Below, one piece after another: positions 34,287 to 43,592 of a stretch of DNA of 64,000 bases (within the stretch, counting starts at the first letter, position 1; every line of letters starts with the position of its first letter). The position numbers and the translations under genes are program-made. The stretch lies in sequence record DRR723986_1789. The stretch is one strand, 5' to 3'. The notes below the pieces were generated by a model. That model was not told where the DNA came from. It worked only from the letters and a program-made list of their open reading frames with translations, and ran no database searches.

Positions 34287-35477
34287 ATGATACTCCACGT
34301 GGATATGGATGCGTTTTACGCGTCTGTCGAACAACTAGATAACCCAGAACTGAGGGGCAAACCTGTCATCGTCGGCGGTTCACCTACGGGCCGTGGCGTG
34401 GTTTCCGCAGCGAGCTATGAAGCGCGGAAGTACGGCGTGAGAAGTGCCATGCCTACCGCACAGGCCTACAAGCTATGTCCACACGGCCACTTCGTGCACA
34501 CCCGAATGCATCGCTACACAGAACTCTCACGTCAGATCAGGTCTATCTTTGAACGCTATACGCCAGAAGTTGAACCTCTGTCAATCGACGAAGCGTTTCT
34601 CGACGTACACGGGTGCGTCCATCTGTTTGGCGGAGCCGAAGCGATCGGACTGGGGATAAAGCAGGCCATTGCCGAAGAGCTCGAGCTGGTTGCTTCGGTC
34701 GGTATCGCACCAAATAAGTTCCTAGCAAAACTAGCCAGCGATCTGGATAAACCCGATGGATTCACCGTCATTCAAGCTGATCGTGTCATGGAAATGCTAG
34801 AGCCGCTAAGTGTTTCGCGGCTGTGGGGAGTCGGACGAGCGACGATAAAGAAGTTCGAAAAACACAGCCTGCATACCTTTGGCGACGTTCAGCGTTTAAC
34901 GGTCGAGCAAGCTGTTGGACTTCTCGGTGAAAGAATGGGGAAGCACTTTTGGAGGCTCGCTCGCGGGCTGGATTCCAGAGCCGTTCAGAGCACGCGGCGT
35001 GCAAAGACGGTCTCCAATGAGCAGACATTCTCGAAGGACATTAGCTGCCCTGAGGAACTCAAAAAACGACTGATGCAGTTAACCGACAAGGTCGCGGCGA
35101 GGCTGCGGCGGAGCGAGACAAAGGGCAGGACCGCGAATTTGAAAGTGCGATTTACTGGCTTCGATACGATCACGCGAGCCCATACAATGCCGCATCCCAC
35201 GAACACTACTGCCAGCATTTGGGCTGCAGCAGAGAAACTGTTGCAGCCAGTTTTGAACGAAAACCCTGGTCGCAGCATCCGGCTTCTTGGAATTGGAGTT
35301 TCCAATTTAGAAGACAGCAAGCCGGTTCAGTTAGAACTGTTCCCAGATGACGACACGCCCAATATCCCGGCCGAAAGCAGCAAACTCGACCGAGCAACCG
35401 ATGCAATCCGCCAGCAGTTCGGCAACTCAGCTCTCCAACGTGGCAACGCTGTTAAGCGAAGTCCCCGTAAGCCTTGA
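34287..35477 (+). CDS. dinB: DNA polymerase IV (Y family)
   Basis: HVDMDAFYASVE, SYEARKYG, SIDEAFLD, NKFLAKLASD..KPDG, IRLLGIG and the clamp-binding motif QLELF. Confidence 0.96.
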   Translation: MILHVDMDAFYASVEQLDNPELRGKPVIVGGSPTGRGVVSAASYEARKYGVRSAMPTAQAYKLCPHGHFVHTRMHRYTELSRQIRSIFERYTPEVEPLSIDEAFLDVHGCVHLFGGAEAIGLGIKQAIAEELELVASVGIAPNKFLAKLASDLDKPDGFTVIQADRVMEMLEPLSVSRLWGVGRATIKKFEKHSLHTFGDVQRLTVEQAVGLLGERMGKHFWRLARGLDSRAVQSTRRAKTVSNEQTFSKDISCPEELKKRLMQLTDKVAARLRRSETKGRTANLKVRFTGFDTITRAHTMPHPTNTTASIWAAAEKLLQPVLNENPGRSIRLLGIGVSNLEDSKPVQLELFPDDDTPNIPAESSKLDRATDAIRQQFGNSALQRGNAVKRSPRKP

Positions 35478-35508
35478 AGTCTGGCTTGCACTGCTTTCGG
35501 GATAGCGG

Positions 35509-37725
35509 CTAGGTTTGCGGAACTGCGCCGCTGGTGCCGTCCTGGCTGGTTGTGGCGATGACGATAGACTCGCGTGACTGCCTGCCTAGAACACTTGGCT
35601 GTTTTGCCTCAGTGATGCTGATATCCATTTGCATCGCCCACTTGCCTTCAGCGTCGCCGCGGATCAACCAGTGAGGCATGACGCAAACGGACTGATGCAC
35701 CAACTCGAATCCTGCTTCGCTCTGACTAACCGTTTCGATCGGGAACGTCCAAATATCGCTTGGCCGATTGAAGTTCAGATGCACATCAAGGCCTTGCCAA
35801 GTGTCGATCAATCCGAGCTCGGTTGGTTGTTGCAAGTCGAGACGCGTGCCTAAGTCGCCGATGGATTCTCCAGCCGAATTGTAGAAGAATCGATCGTCGG
35901 CACCGGCTGGCATCCCAGCGAAGTTCCACTCCAGGGCCAAGTGCAACTCCCTGTCCTGAGGAACGCCTTCGAGCAGATATGCTACCTGCATTGTCGGGCT
36001 GCCGGATTCCAACGTGAGCGCTTTGGTAATCCGGATCGGGATTCCCCAAGCGTTTCCGTTTCGCGACAATTGCAATTGCACCTTAGATGCAGCGCGGCGC
36101 AATTTCGCTTCGAACGGTTGTGCGACAAAGTCACCACGCTGGAGTGCTTCTGAAGCGCTCACCTGATCGAGCGAGATATCATTGTCAAAGAAGTGATCCA
36201 GGAAGCTCTTGCGTGGGAAGGCGTCGTACTGAAGACGATTCTCGAGCCCTTCTTGCTTGAAGACGACCCGGTCATGAATGCTCGCCACATCGGCATCCGA
36301 ATCCGAGGCTCCCTGCATGACTTTCTCATGGTAAGCTTCGGGACGTCGGTTAACCGTTGCGAGTAGATTGTGCTTTAAGCTACGCACGTCCAACTCGTAC
36401 ATCATGCCGCCCTGGGCGGGAGCAAAGTACGCACAAAGCTGCTCATTGGAGAGTCTGACTTCGGGGCGCAAGTCGAAGTTGTAATCCTCGCTCCGCGCGT
36501 CGACCCAAGTTGACTTGCCGTGATCCAGGTATTCAAGCTTGTTATCTGCTTCGATCAGCTCGCTGTAGATAGCGTTGCGCAGATGCGGTAGGTAGATTCC
36601 GCCGAAGGCTCCGTGCCAATAGGGGCAGTTGCATTGCCCGCGATACAGCGCCTCTTCAACTTCGCCAAGCAGTTCGGCATCGCCGCTCAACCGCCGCGCG
36701 TCCTCCAACGCTCGGCTTACCTCCATCATGCGGGCATACATTTCGCCAGCTTCCGGATAACGGACTTTGAAGTTCCGCCAGTTTCCAGCTCGCATGAACC
36801 GCGACAGATCGTTCCAGCGGGGATGCTCGGCGAGCTCGTGGCTCAAGTCACTTTTTAGCTGCTGGACATCGGCGGGCAGCGCCCATTCGGTCATCTCCCG
36901 GTAGCTACAATCCGGCAAGTAGATTTTGTTGTAGCGGGATTCCGTATCGGCAGCTTCCTGGAGCGTGGACGTCTGGATCCAGTCCGTGTTGGCGCTCAGC
37001 CCTTGGAAAAAGCGGTCCAACCACCCTTGCTCATAGACGTGTTGCTTGGTGTCGGGCCAAGTGCCAAACTTCTCACCATCATCGCCGAAAACAAGCGTTG
37101 CACCTGGGTGTGCATCACCAATTTCGCGGCAATAATCCAGCGTCTGCTCAACTTCGGCAAATGGTATCAGGTAACGCAGACGCTCGCTGCCAGGGAAGAC
37201 GCGCAAGATGGCTCCATCGTCTTCGGTCAAATAACTGCCCACCAGCTCTTGGTCGGCGAGCCCTGCTGCCTTGAAGTGGTAGTCATCCAATACCGTGTAA
37301 TCAATGCCCGATCGCGCAATGTCCTTGGTCAGGCTGCTTTCCCAGACCCGTTCCGGCATCCACATTCCACGCACGCGCGTGTTAAACCGATCCGCGAGGT
37401 ACTCGCCATAGTTGCAAATCTGGCCAACTCGGTCGCGGGATGGCAACATCGTTAGAATCGGCTCGTAGAACGGACCGCCGATGATCTCAACGCGACCAGC
37501 GGCAACCAACGCAGCAACACGGCGCAAGTAGTCTGGCTGGTTCTGCTCGAGCCATAACATCAATGGCCCGGAGGTGTGCAGAGAAATCTTGAGTGCGTCA
37601 TAGCGTTCAAAAACCTCCAAGAACGGCAGGTAGCTGTCATAGAACGCTTGCTCAATGACGCCGTCGAAATTCCCGATGGGTTGGTGGTTGTGGAGGACCA
37701 AGCAGAGTCGCACGTGTGGATTCAT
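35509..37725 (-). CDS. GH57 alpha-amylase/4-alpha-glucanotransferase with C-terminal DUF1925/DUF1926-type domains
   Basis: HNHQPIGN, WMPERVW (nucleophile Glu), GDDGEKFGTWP (acid/base Asp) and QCNCPYWHGAFGGIYLPHLR. Confidence 0.93.
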   Translation of the reverse strand: MNPHVRLCLVLHNHQPIGNFDGVIEQAFYDSYLPFLEVFERYDALKISLHTSGPLMLWLEQNQPDYLRRVAALVAAGRVEIIGGPFYEPILTMLPSRDRVGQICNYGEYLADRFNTRVRGMWMPERVWESSLTKDIARSGIDYTVLDDYHFKAAGLADQELVGSYLTEDDGAILRVFPGSERLRYLIPFAEVEQTLDYCREIGDAHPGATLVFGDDGEKFGTWPDTKQHVYEQGWLDRFFQGLSANTDWIQTSTLQEAADTESRYNKIYLPDCSYREMTEWALPADVQQLKSDLSHELAEHPRWNDLSRFMRAGNWRNFKVRYPEAGEMYARMMEVSRALEDARRLSGDAELLGEVEEALYRGQCNCPYWHGAFGGIYLPHLRNAIYSELIEADNKLEYLDHGKSTWVDARSEDYNFDLRPEVRLSNEQLCAYFAPAQGGMMYELDVRSLKHNLLATVNRRPEAYHEKVMQGASDSDADVASIHDRVVFKQEGLENRLQYDAFPRKSFLDHFFDNDISLDQVSASEALQRGDFVAQPFEAKLRRAASKVQLQLSRNGNAWGIPIRITKALTLESGSPTMQVAYLLEGVPQDRELHLALEWNFAGMPAGADDRFFYNSAGESIGDLGTRLDLQQPTELGLIDTWQGLDVHLNFNRPSDIWTFPIETVSQSEAGFELVHQSVCVMPHWLIRGDAEGKWAMQMDISITEAKQPSVLGRQSRESIVIATTSQDGTSGAVPQT

Positions 37726-38108
37726 AGCCAGCCAGCAATGTCAGGAGTCGCAGTGGATTGGAGGCTAGCCGCTGTCGTCGCTTGCGATCCCCAACTTGTT
37801 TGCGGGGAGGCGAGAGTCCGACGTTTTAGCTAGCAAATGCTCGGTCCGCGCGTGTTGCAACACGATGAGCACTCGCTGCATTTCTTCGGTCGCTCTAGTG
37901 AGGCATCAACAGAAAATCTTGCCTAGGCGGATGGGTCTGCCTGGTAGGCACCACCGGAGGGGACGATTATGCCGAAAGATCATCGACGAGACTGAGCATC
38001 ATTCTCGCAGAAAGGCACATTTGAGAATGCTTGCACTGCCGTGTCACAAGTCAACTGGTGACACGCTTACCAGCGGCATCGGCGTGGCTTGGCTCATACG
38101 GAATCGTG

Positions 38109-38915
38109 TTAGCCAAAACGGCAGGGCGAAGAAGGCTCTACACCGCGGGTGGACGACAGTTTGAAGACGCGCGTTGCTTGCCCGGCCAGAAGTGCCAAGT
38201 AGGCTGGGTTGAGAAACACGTAGCGTTTCCACAGCCGCGTCGGCTCCTTGCAGAGTCGATAAAACCACTCAAGACCGCGACGCTGCATCCAACTAGGTGC
38301 CTGATTCAATTGTCCAGAATGGAAAGCGAAAGCGGCCCCTACAGCCAGGACTGGCATGGAGATCGCATGAGCATTTTCAAACGCCCAAATCTCTTGCCGT
38401 GGGCAACCTAGCCCTGCGAGCGTTATTTGCGCGCCAGACTCTCGGATTGCATCCCGGATCTGCTCATTCTCCTCCGCACTGACCGTCCTAAACTTGGAAG
38501 CTAGCATCCCGGAGATCTTGATGCCTGGGAATTTTTGCTCAAGCGACTCTTTTAGCGTCTTGAGCGTTTCATCGTCACTTCCAAAAAGGAAAATGCCGAG
38601 CCCTGCCTCGCTAGCGGCCTCACACACTTTTAATGTCAACGTCGGACCGTAAACACGGTCTTGTAGTTTCGTTCGATGCAGTAAGTTGATTCCCCAGCGG
38701 ACGGGCTGCCCATCGGGCACGACCATATCCAATTGATTGAGCCGGTAGCAGTGCTCTCGATCGAGCACTCCGGTCATCACACCATGAACTGCTAGGGCGC
38801 TGACAGCATAAGACTGCCGCTGCTGTGCTGCTGAAACGATACGGGCAACCGCGGCATCGTAATCCACGGCATCAATCTTGATACCCAGCAGGTTCTGCTT
38901 GCCAAGATCAATCAC
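38109..38915 (-). CDS. WecB/TagA/CpsF-family glycosyltransferase
   Basis: PDGQPV, RVYGP, GLGCPRQE, VGAAF and GLEWFYRL..EP.RLWKRY. GTG 38915 lies 2 bp after the upstream gene's stop. Confidence 0.93.
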   Translation of the reverse strand: MIDLGKQNLLGIKIDAVDYDAAVARIVSAAQQRQSYAVSALAVHGVMTGVLDREHCYRLNQLDMVVPDGQPVRWGINLLHRTKLQDRVYGPTLTLKVCEAASEAGLGIFLFGSDDETLKTLKESLEQKFPGIKISGMLASKFRTVSAEENEQIRDAIRESGAQITLAGLGCPRQEIWAFENAHAISMPVLAVGAAFAFHSGQLNQAPSWMQRRGLEWFYRLCKEPTRLWKRYVFLNPAYLALLAGQATRVFKLSSTRGVEPSSPCRFG

Positions 38916-38917
38916 GA

Positions 38918-40060
38918 TTAGTGCCCCACGCGACCGGTAACAACCGAAGCAATCGTTTGCATAACAAGCCGTGCATCGACGAAGAACGACTGCCGCCGGA
39001 GGTACAAGAGATCGAGCCGCATCCATTGCTTGAATGGGATTTGTTCACTCTTCTGCACTTGCCAGTAGCAAGTCAAACCTGGTTTGATCAGTTCACGCTG
39101 ACGCTGCCAAGGCGAGCACTGCTCGGCTTCGAAGCATGGCAGTGGTCGTGGGCCAACGAGTGCCATGTCACCGATCAACACGTTGTACAACTGTGGTAGC
39201 TCGTCCAGGCCGGTTGCACGAAGGAATTTGCCCACCGTCGTAACTCGAGGGTCGCTCTTTAGTTTGAAAGCTGGTCCATCGCGTTCGTTTTGGTCAAGCA
39301 GTTCATCACGCCTCTGTTCAGCGCCTTCGGCCATCGTTCGCAGCTTGTAGATGGTGAACTCGCGACCGAGGTAGCCTGTTCGCTTCTGACAGAAAAGTGC
39401 ACCGCCGGGAGAAGTTACCTTTACAAGTGCACCGAAAAACAGAATGAAGGGCGCGGAGACCGCCAAGCCGAAAGCGGCACCAGCGATATCAATGGCTCGC
39501 TTCCAGATTGGGTACGGAGCCGCAAACAAATGAGTTGGTGCGGTTCGAAGTTGCGGTTGCGCTTGGGAGAGTGGTTGCGATTTGATCGCTGGAGCGGCCA
39601 AATCAACTGGCTCAAGTGCGTCTTCTGCTGCCGAGCCGGTTCCAGGCGAGCTATCGCTTGGCTTCGAATCGTCGGGATAGCAGAATCCTTCGGCATCAGC
39701 TTGGATGCCAGCACGGCTGAGTCGCCGCAGCAGATCTGCCATGACTAGCTCAACACCTTCGGCGCCGGTCATTGGTAGCATGACGCCAATTCGCCCGGGC
39801 CCCAAATGGCCGACCTCGTCTGTGTCGCGCAGCCGCTGCCTAGAAATTCTGGCCAGCAGCATTGTTTGCTTTCGCAGCCCCGCCAAGTCTGCAAGGCGGA
39901 GAATTACGACACCAAACTGCCCTCCGGCTCGATCGACGCGAGAACGCTCTTTCGCCAATGCGCGCTGAAACTCTCGCTGGCTCAGAAGCAACGGGGTCCA
40001 TTTCGTATTGCGGTTCCAATGGGTGCGGGACCGCTTCCAAAGGTGGGGGATCATGGGCAA
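38918..40060 (-). CDS. Priming sugar transferase (Bac_transf, WcaJ/EpsL-like) with N-terminal degenerate GGDEF-like domain
   Basis: C-terminal KRAIDI, YKLRTM, DPRVT.VGKFLR..GLDELPQL.NVL.GDM.LVGPRP and KPGLT..WQV. N-terminal ER.R..R...LRDTDEVGHLG. Confidence 0.9.
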   Translation of the reverse strand: MPMIPHLWKRSRTHWNRNTKWTPLLLSQREFQRALAKERSRVDRAGGQFGVVILRLADLAGLRKQTMLLARISRQRLRDTDEVGHLGPGRIGVMLPMTGAEGVELVMADLLRRLSRAGIQADAEGFCYPDDSKPSDSSPGTGSAAEDALEPVDLAAPAIKSQPLSQAQPQLRTAPTHLFAAPYPIWKRAIDIAGAAFGLAVSAPFILFFGALVKVTSPGGALFCQKRTGYLGREFTIYKLRTMAEGAEQRRDELLDQNERDGPAFKLKSDPRVTTVGKFLRATGLDELPQLYNVLIGDMALVGPRPLPCFEAEQCSPWQRQRELIKPGLTCYWQVQKSEQIPFKQWMRLDLLYLRRQSFFVDARLVMQTIASVVTGRVGH

Positions 40061-40415
40061 GAAGATCTTGAGGAATGGTTGGTCAAGCGGGAAGCTTCAG
40101 GTAGGATCAGATCCCTGGCGGATCGTGCGGCTTCGGATTCCAACACGTGTAAGACTAGGGCGAAAAGTCGAGGTGGAACGAGCAACCTAGAGTAGCTAGC
40201 CGTTACAATTTTTCCAGCCTTGCTAGCCGCTAAACTCGCAGCAATCGGCATTTCCCCACCAAACTACCCCTTATGGCGTGTGGGTAAATTCGGTCCCCCC
40301 GTGTCGACTTACGGTTTTGTTATGTTTTTGGATGTGGTATTTGCTGCGTCCCAAACGCTCTAACTCAGCTCCTCCTTCACTCCCCAGCCGCAATTGTTCT
40401 TCAAAGGACATTTCA

Positions 40416-41933
40416 ATGCCAACCAACACCCCCCCTGCAATAACCATTTTGAGCATGGCGCTCACTCTCGCCATTTCCTTGGGGACTGAACTGACTACGC
40501 AGCGTGCATCTGCCGCGGACGGTGCCGACGCTGGTAAACCGAATATCGTTCTGATATTTACCGACGATCTCGGTTACGGTGATATCCCCGGCTTTGGCCC
40601 ATCGGAGATTCGCACGCCCAACATCGACAAACTAGCTCAGCAAGGCACGCGGTTTACTGATTACTACGTTGCCCAGGCAGTTTGCACGGCCAGTCGCGCG
40701 GCGCTGATGACCGGCTGCTACGCGAATCGTGTTGGCTTGGCGGGCGCGCTAAACCATAAGAGCAAGACAGGCATCAATCCCAAAGAGCGGTTGCTACCAG
40801 AGATACTCAAAGATCAAGGTTATGCAACGGGGATGTTTGGCAAGTGGCATTTGGGGCTCTCCCCGTATTTCAGCCCCTTGAAAAACGGCTTTGATGAGTG
40901 GCTGGGGATTCCCTACTCGAACGACAACACCAAGTACCATCCGGTGCTATTCGATTCAATGCCGCCACTCCCACTGTTTGATGGTGACGAGATAATCGAA
41001 GAGGATCCTGATCAACGCTTCTTCACGCAGCGACTTACCCGTCGCGCGGTCAAGTTCATCGATTCACACAAAGATCAACCGTTCTTCCTGTACATCCCAC
41101 ACGTCATGCCGCACGTTCCAGTGTTCGCTTCGCCTGAGTTCGACGGGCGCAGTGGGAAAGGGATTTACACCGATGTGATTGAAGAGATCGATTGGTCAGT
41201 TGGCCAGATTGTCGATGCAATTGATCGTCATGGCCTGGCCGAAAACACACTTGTCATTTTCACCAGTGACAACGGCCCTTTTCTCAGTTACGGAACTCAC
41301 GCGGGAAGCTCCAAACCGCTACGTGAGGGCAAGTTGACTTGCTTCGAAGGTGGCGTTCGCGTCCCGACGATCATGCGAATGACTGGCAAGGTCCCTGAAG
41401 CAGCAACATGCTCAGTTCCAATTATGTCGATCGACCTACTCCCGACCGCTTGCAAGTTATCCGGGGCTCCACTGCCAGACGCGATTCTGGACGGTGTCGA
41501 CGTGAGTGATGTTCTGTTTGGCAAGACAACCGAAGAACCACATGAGTGCCTCGTCTTCTACAGCGGTAGCGAATTGCACGCGATTCGGGCTGGAAAATGG
41601 AAATTGCATTTTCCCCACAAGTATCTGACGCCGAACGAAGACTTGCGTTCAGACGGCAAGCCAGCCGGTTTTGGAAAGCTGAAGCCGCAACCAATTACGC
41701 AGAGCGGCGTCGAGGGAATTGCTAGCCGCCACGGTTACTATGTACGCAACCTGCCCCTGTCGCTTTACGATCTGTCCAGTGACGCTGGCGAACAACGCGA
41801 CGTTTCGAAACAGCATCCAGAAGTCGTTGAACGCCTAACCAAATTAGCGAACGCGTATCGCCAAAAGCTAGGGGACTCGCTGACCAGCATCCAGGGTGGT
41901 CAGCTCCGCCCCGTTGGCCGAAACGATCAGTAG
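40416..41933 (+). CDS. Formylglycine-dependent sulfatase (secreted)
   Basis: Signal peptide, KPNIVLIFTDDLGYGD, CTASRAALMTG, GYATGMFGKWHLG, FTSDNG and EGGVRVP. Confidence 0.95.
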   Translation: MPTNTPPAITILSMALTLAISLGTELTTQRASAADGADAGKPNIVLIFTDDLGYGDIPGFGPSEIRTPNIDKLAQQGTRFTDYYVAQAVCTASRAALMTGCYANRVGLAGALNHKSKTGINPKERLLPEILKDQGYATGMFGKWHLGLSPYFSPLKNGFDEWLGIPYSNDNTKYHPVLFDSMPPLPLFDGDEIIEEDPDQRFFTQRLTRRAVKFIDSHKDQPFFLYIPHVMPHVPVFASPEFDGRSGKGIYTDVIEEIDWSVGQIVDAIDRHGLAENTLVIFTSDNGPFLSYGTHAGSSKPLREGKLTCFEGGVRVPTIMRMTGKVPEAATCSVPIMSIDLLPTACKLSGAPLPDAILDGVDVSDVLFGKTTEEPHECLVFYSGSELHAIRAGKWKLHFPHKYLTPNEDLRSDGKPAGFGKLKPQPITQSGVEGIASRHGYYVRNLPLSLYDLSSDAGEQRDVSKQHPEVVERLTKLANAYRQKLGDSLTSIQGGQLRPVGRNDQ

Positions 41934-41998
41934 ACTCCCAGAAGCGCACCTGTCGTAGGCGTTCCCTTCTGATAACCGCAAGCCAAGAAAGCAAAACG

Positions 41999-42358
41999 TT
42001 GCCATTCGTCGACATCAAATCCATTGATTCAGTTGAGGCCATTCCCGGCTGTCATCTGCGAACGCCCTTCGGGGAAAACATTCTCCTGTCTTATCTTGAG
42101 ATGGACGCAGGCGCTGAAGTCCCCTTGCACGATCATCCTCACGAGCAAGCTGGCATGCTGATATCGGGAAGACTCGAGTTGACGATTGGCGACGAAACTA
42201 AGCTTTGCACCGAGGGAGATATGTTCATCATTCCTCCCAACGTCCCACACCAAGCCAAGGCAATCGACGGACCTGTAAAGGTGCTCGACGTCTTCAGTCC
42301 GGTTCGAAAGGATTATGCCAAGTTGTTTGTCGAGGCAAATGGACCTCTCGAAAAGTAA
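41999..42358 (+). CDS. Cupin domain protein
   Basis: PLHDHPHEQ and GDMFIIPPNVPH cupin motifs. Confidence 0.9.
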   Translation: MPFVDIKSIDSVEAIPGCHLRTPFGENILLSYLEMDAGAEVPLHDHPHEQAGMLISGRLELTIGDETKLCTEGDMFIIPPNVPHQAKAIDGPVKVLDVFSPVRKDYAKLFVEANGPLEK

Positions 42359-42364
42359 ACGACG

Positions 42365-43207
42365 ATGGCAATTCCCGTTCGCAAGACGATCCCGGCGGGG
42401 CACAGTGGCCTGACATGGATGATTACTGACGACGGCAGCCGCACATTGCGGCGCGGAGCCTCAGGCGAGACATACCATAGCGGCTGTGGCGCCGTAGCCG
42501 AAAGCTTGCACGTCTATCTTCGCAACAGTGGCATCCAAGAACGCCTGATGGCTGGAGCGAGCTGCCGTGTTTTTGAATTCGGATTCGGGACCGGCACTGC
42601 CTTCTTCCTAACCGCAGCTCTGGCCGAATTCTGTTCTACTCCGCTGCACTTCGAAGCTGTCGAAATCGAAATACTTCCACAGGAAGTCTACCAACAACTT
42701 CAGCTCATCGAGAACTTGCGGACGACCGACTCTCCGTTGAAGAAATTAATCGGGGACAAGTGGCCCTGTTTTTTAGAAGCGGCGACCAGCGTTTTCGCAG
42801 GTTTCTGTCGCAGCATCAATGAAGCTCCAGATTCTGACTTACCGACCGACCACGCGCAGAACACGGCGGCGGGTAAAGGCGAACTTGAACGTTGCTTGCA
42901 CTTGCGGCTCGGACAGCACACTTCGCTAACGGTTCACATCCGCCCCTTCGATTCAGCTTGGTTTACGAGCTTCGAGAGTCGCTACGATGCGGTGTACTTC
43001 GATCCCTTTAGTCCACAGACCAATTCCGAATTGTGGACCGAAGACGTCTTTAGAGCCATGCGAAATTCGCTAATCCCGACTGGCACCCTAACAACCTACT
43101 GCGTCAAAGGGGATGTTCGACGAGCGATGGAGGCGGCGGGGTTTCGCGTCGAGCGCGTAGCAGGGCCACCACAGGGCAAGCGCGAAGTACTGATCGCGCG
43201 ACCGTAG
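42365..43207 (+). CDS. mnmD: tRNA 5-methylaminomethyl-2-thiouridine methyltransferase (stand-alone MnmC methyltransferase domain)
   Basis: TDDGS.TL, YHS..GA..ES.HVY, EFGFGTG, YFDPFSP..N.ELW, TYC and GP..KRE. Confidence 0.88.
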   Translation: MAIPVRKTIPAGHSGLTWMITDDGSRTLRRGASGETYHSGCGAVAESLHVYLRNSGIQERLMAGASCRVFEFGFGTGTAFFLTAALAEFCSTPLHFEAVEIEILPQEVYQQLQLIENLRTTDSPLKKLIGDKWPCFLEAATSVFAGFCRSINEAPDSDLPTDHAQNTAAGKGELERCLHLRLGQHTSLTVHIRPFDSAWFTSFESRYDAVYFDPFSPQTNSELWTEDVFRAMRNSLIPTGTLTTYCVKGDVRRAMEAAGFRVERVAGPPQGKREVLIARP

Positions 43208-43361
43208 TACTGAGCGCGTGCCCCAAGACGACGCAGTATGCTAGCTCCGCCTTTTTCTCGCTGCCCTAAAACCTTTCGGTAGCGCCAGCAATGGCCGCGC
43301 GGGGTCTCGAAAAAAATTCTTTCGCCCAGCGAAACAAATGCACTCCGCCTGGATTTAATTA

Positions 43362-43555
43362 CCCGTGGCTCACATGCGACGGGCCCACGAGAACCAAATT
43401 AAGTCAGATGAATTTACACCCGTCCAATCTGGGCTGATTCTGTGAGGTTGCTGCAGGGGCGACTCCGCTTGCTATCCTTCCGAAGTAGCGGGGCAGACTT
43501 AGCCAAAGGCCGCGGCGGAATCCACTCTCTCGGATTCCGCCGCGGTTCTCTTTTT
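43362..43555 (+). ncRNA. Candidate stand-alone structured ncRNA of unknown family
   Basis: Non-coding gap between convergent mnmD and A2M. It has several complementary segments forming crossed helices and ends in a perfect 14-bp + strand terminator. Confidence 0.5.
43510..43555 (+). terminator. Strong intrinsic terminator
   Basis: CCGCGGCGGAATCC / GGATTCCGCCGCGG perfect 14-bp stem followed by TTCTCTTTTT. Confidence 0.9.
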
Positions 43556-43592
43556 CATACCATTGCAACGCGTTGCAACTTCCGCATTGCTG

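Noticed and set aside
43408-43437. Nine-codon ORF (MNLHPSNLG) inside the candidate ncRNA, read as a leader peptide or tmRNA tag
   Set aside because: No SD, no downstream co-oriented gene to attenuate, and no tRNA-like ends or Ala-Ala tag.
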